A DNA stretch of 25,528 nt from a bacterium (GTDB lineage Bacteria > Patescibacteriota > Minisyncoccia > Moranbacterales > DUUL01), in the NCBI GenBank assembly GCA_030641245.1, contig DAOWHU010000054.1, forward strand, positions 1 through 25,528, in the 5' to 3' direction. Below, piece after piece: positions 25,443-25,528 of the stretch. Each line of letters opens with the position of its first letter. Position 1 is the first letter of the stretch. The position numbers and the translations under genes were made by a program. Under the pieces are notes generated by a model. That model was not told where the DNA came from, ran no database searches, and worked only from the letters and a program-made list of their open reading frames with translations.

Positions 25443-25528
25443 TTATAATTTTGACATTTGTAATTTATCTGCTCGCCTCGGCGTAGCTTCAGCAGAGACG
25501 GGTTCCTTGATCATTGCCAACTTAACCG
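25443..25528 (-). pseudogene. Truncated duplicate of the 5' part of the methyltransferase gene
   Basis: 25475-25528 is identical to 25127-25180 (54 bp); the frame stops at TAA 25445-25443; runs off the window. Confidence 0.6.

Overview
AT-rich window that looks like a Patescibacteria (CPR, probably Parcubacteria) chromosome. This is inferred from gene content and style, not proven. Left part (minus strand): secE-nusG-rplK followed directly by tRNA-Trp (no rplA). A small integrase-less islet carrying a glycosyltransferase-like gene lies at the tRNA 3' end, along with two copies of a ~145-nt structured element with compensatory changes. Middle: a Nif3-family gene and a 23S-5S rRNA locus with no 16S in the window. 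The 23S spans ~3.8 kb because it carries a group I intron at E. coli position 1931 (no endonuclease ORF) and two ORF-less stem-enclosed insertions of roughly 180-220 nt at helices 79 and 15. Right part: mostly orphan ORFs, a C39-like peptidase, a D-2-hydroxyacid dehydrogenase and a Trm11-like methyltransferase. Several plus-strand orphan units share promoter, leader and hairpin sequences. Short palindromes and AT-rich heptad repeats fill the gene boundaries and also sit in frame inside coding sequences. No CRISPR array, transposase or integrase was found. All alignments and folds were done by eye.
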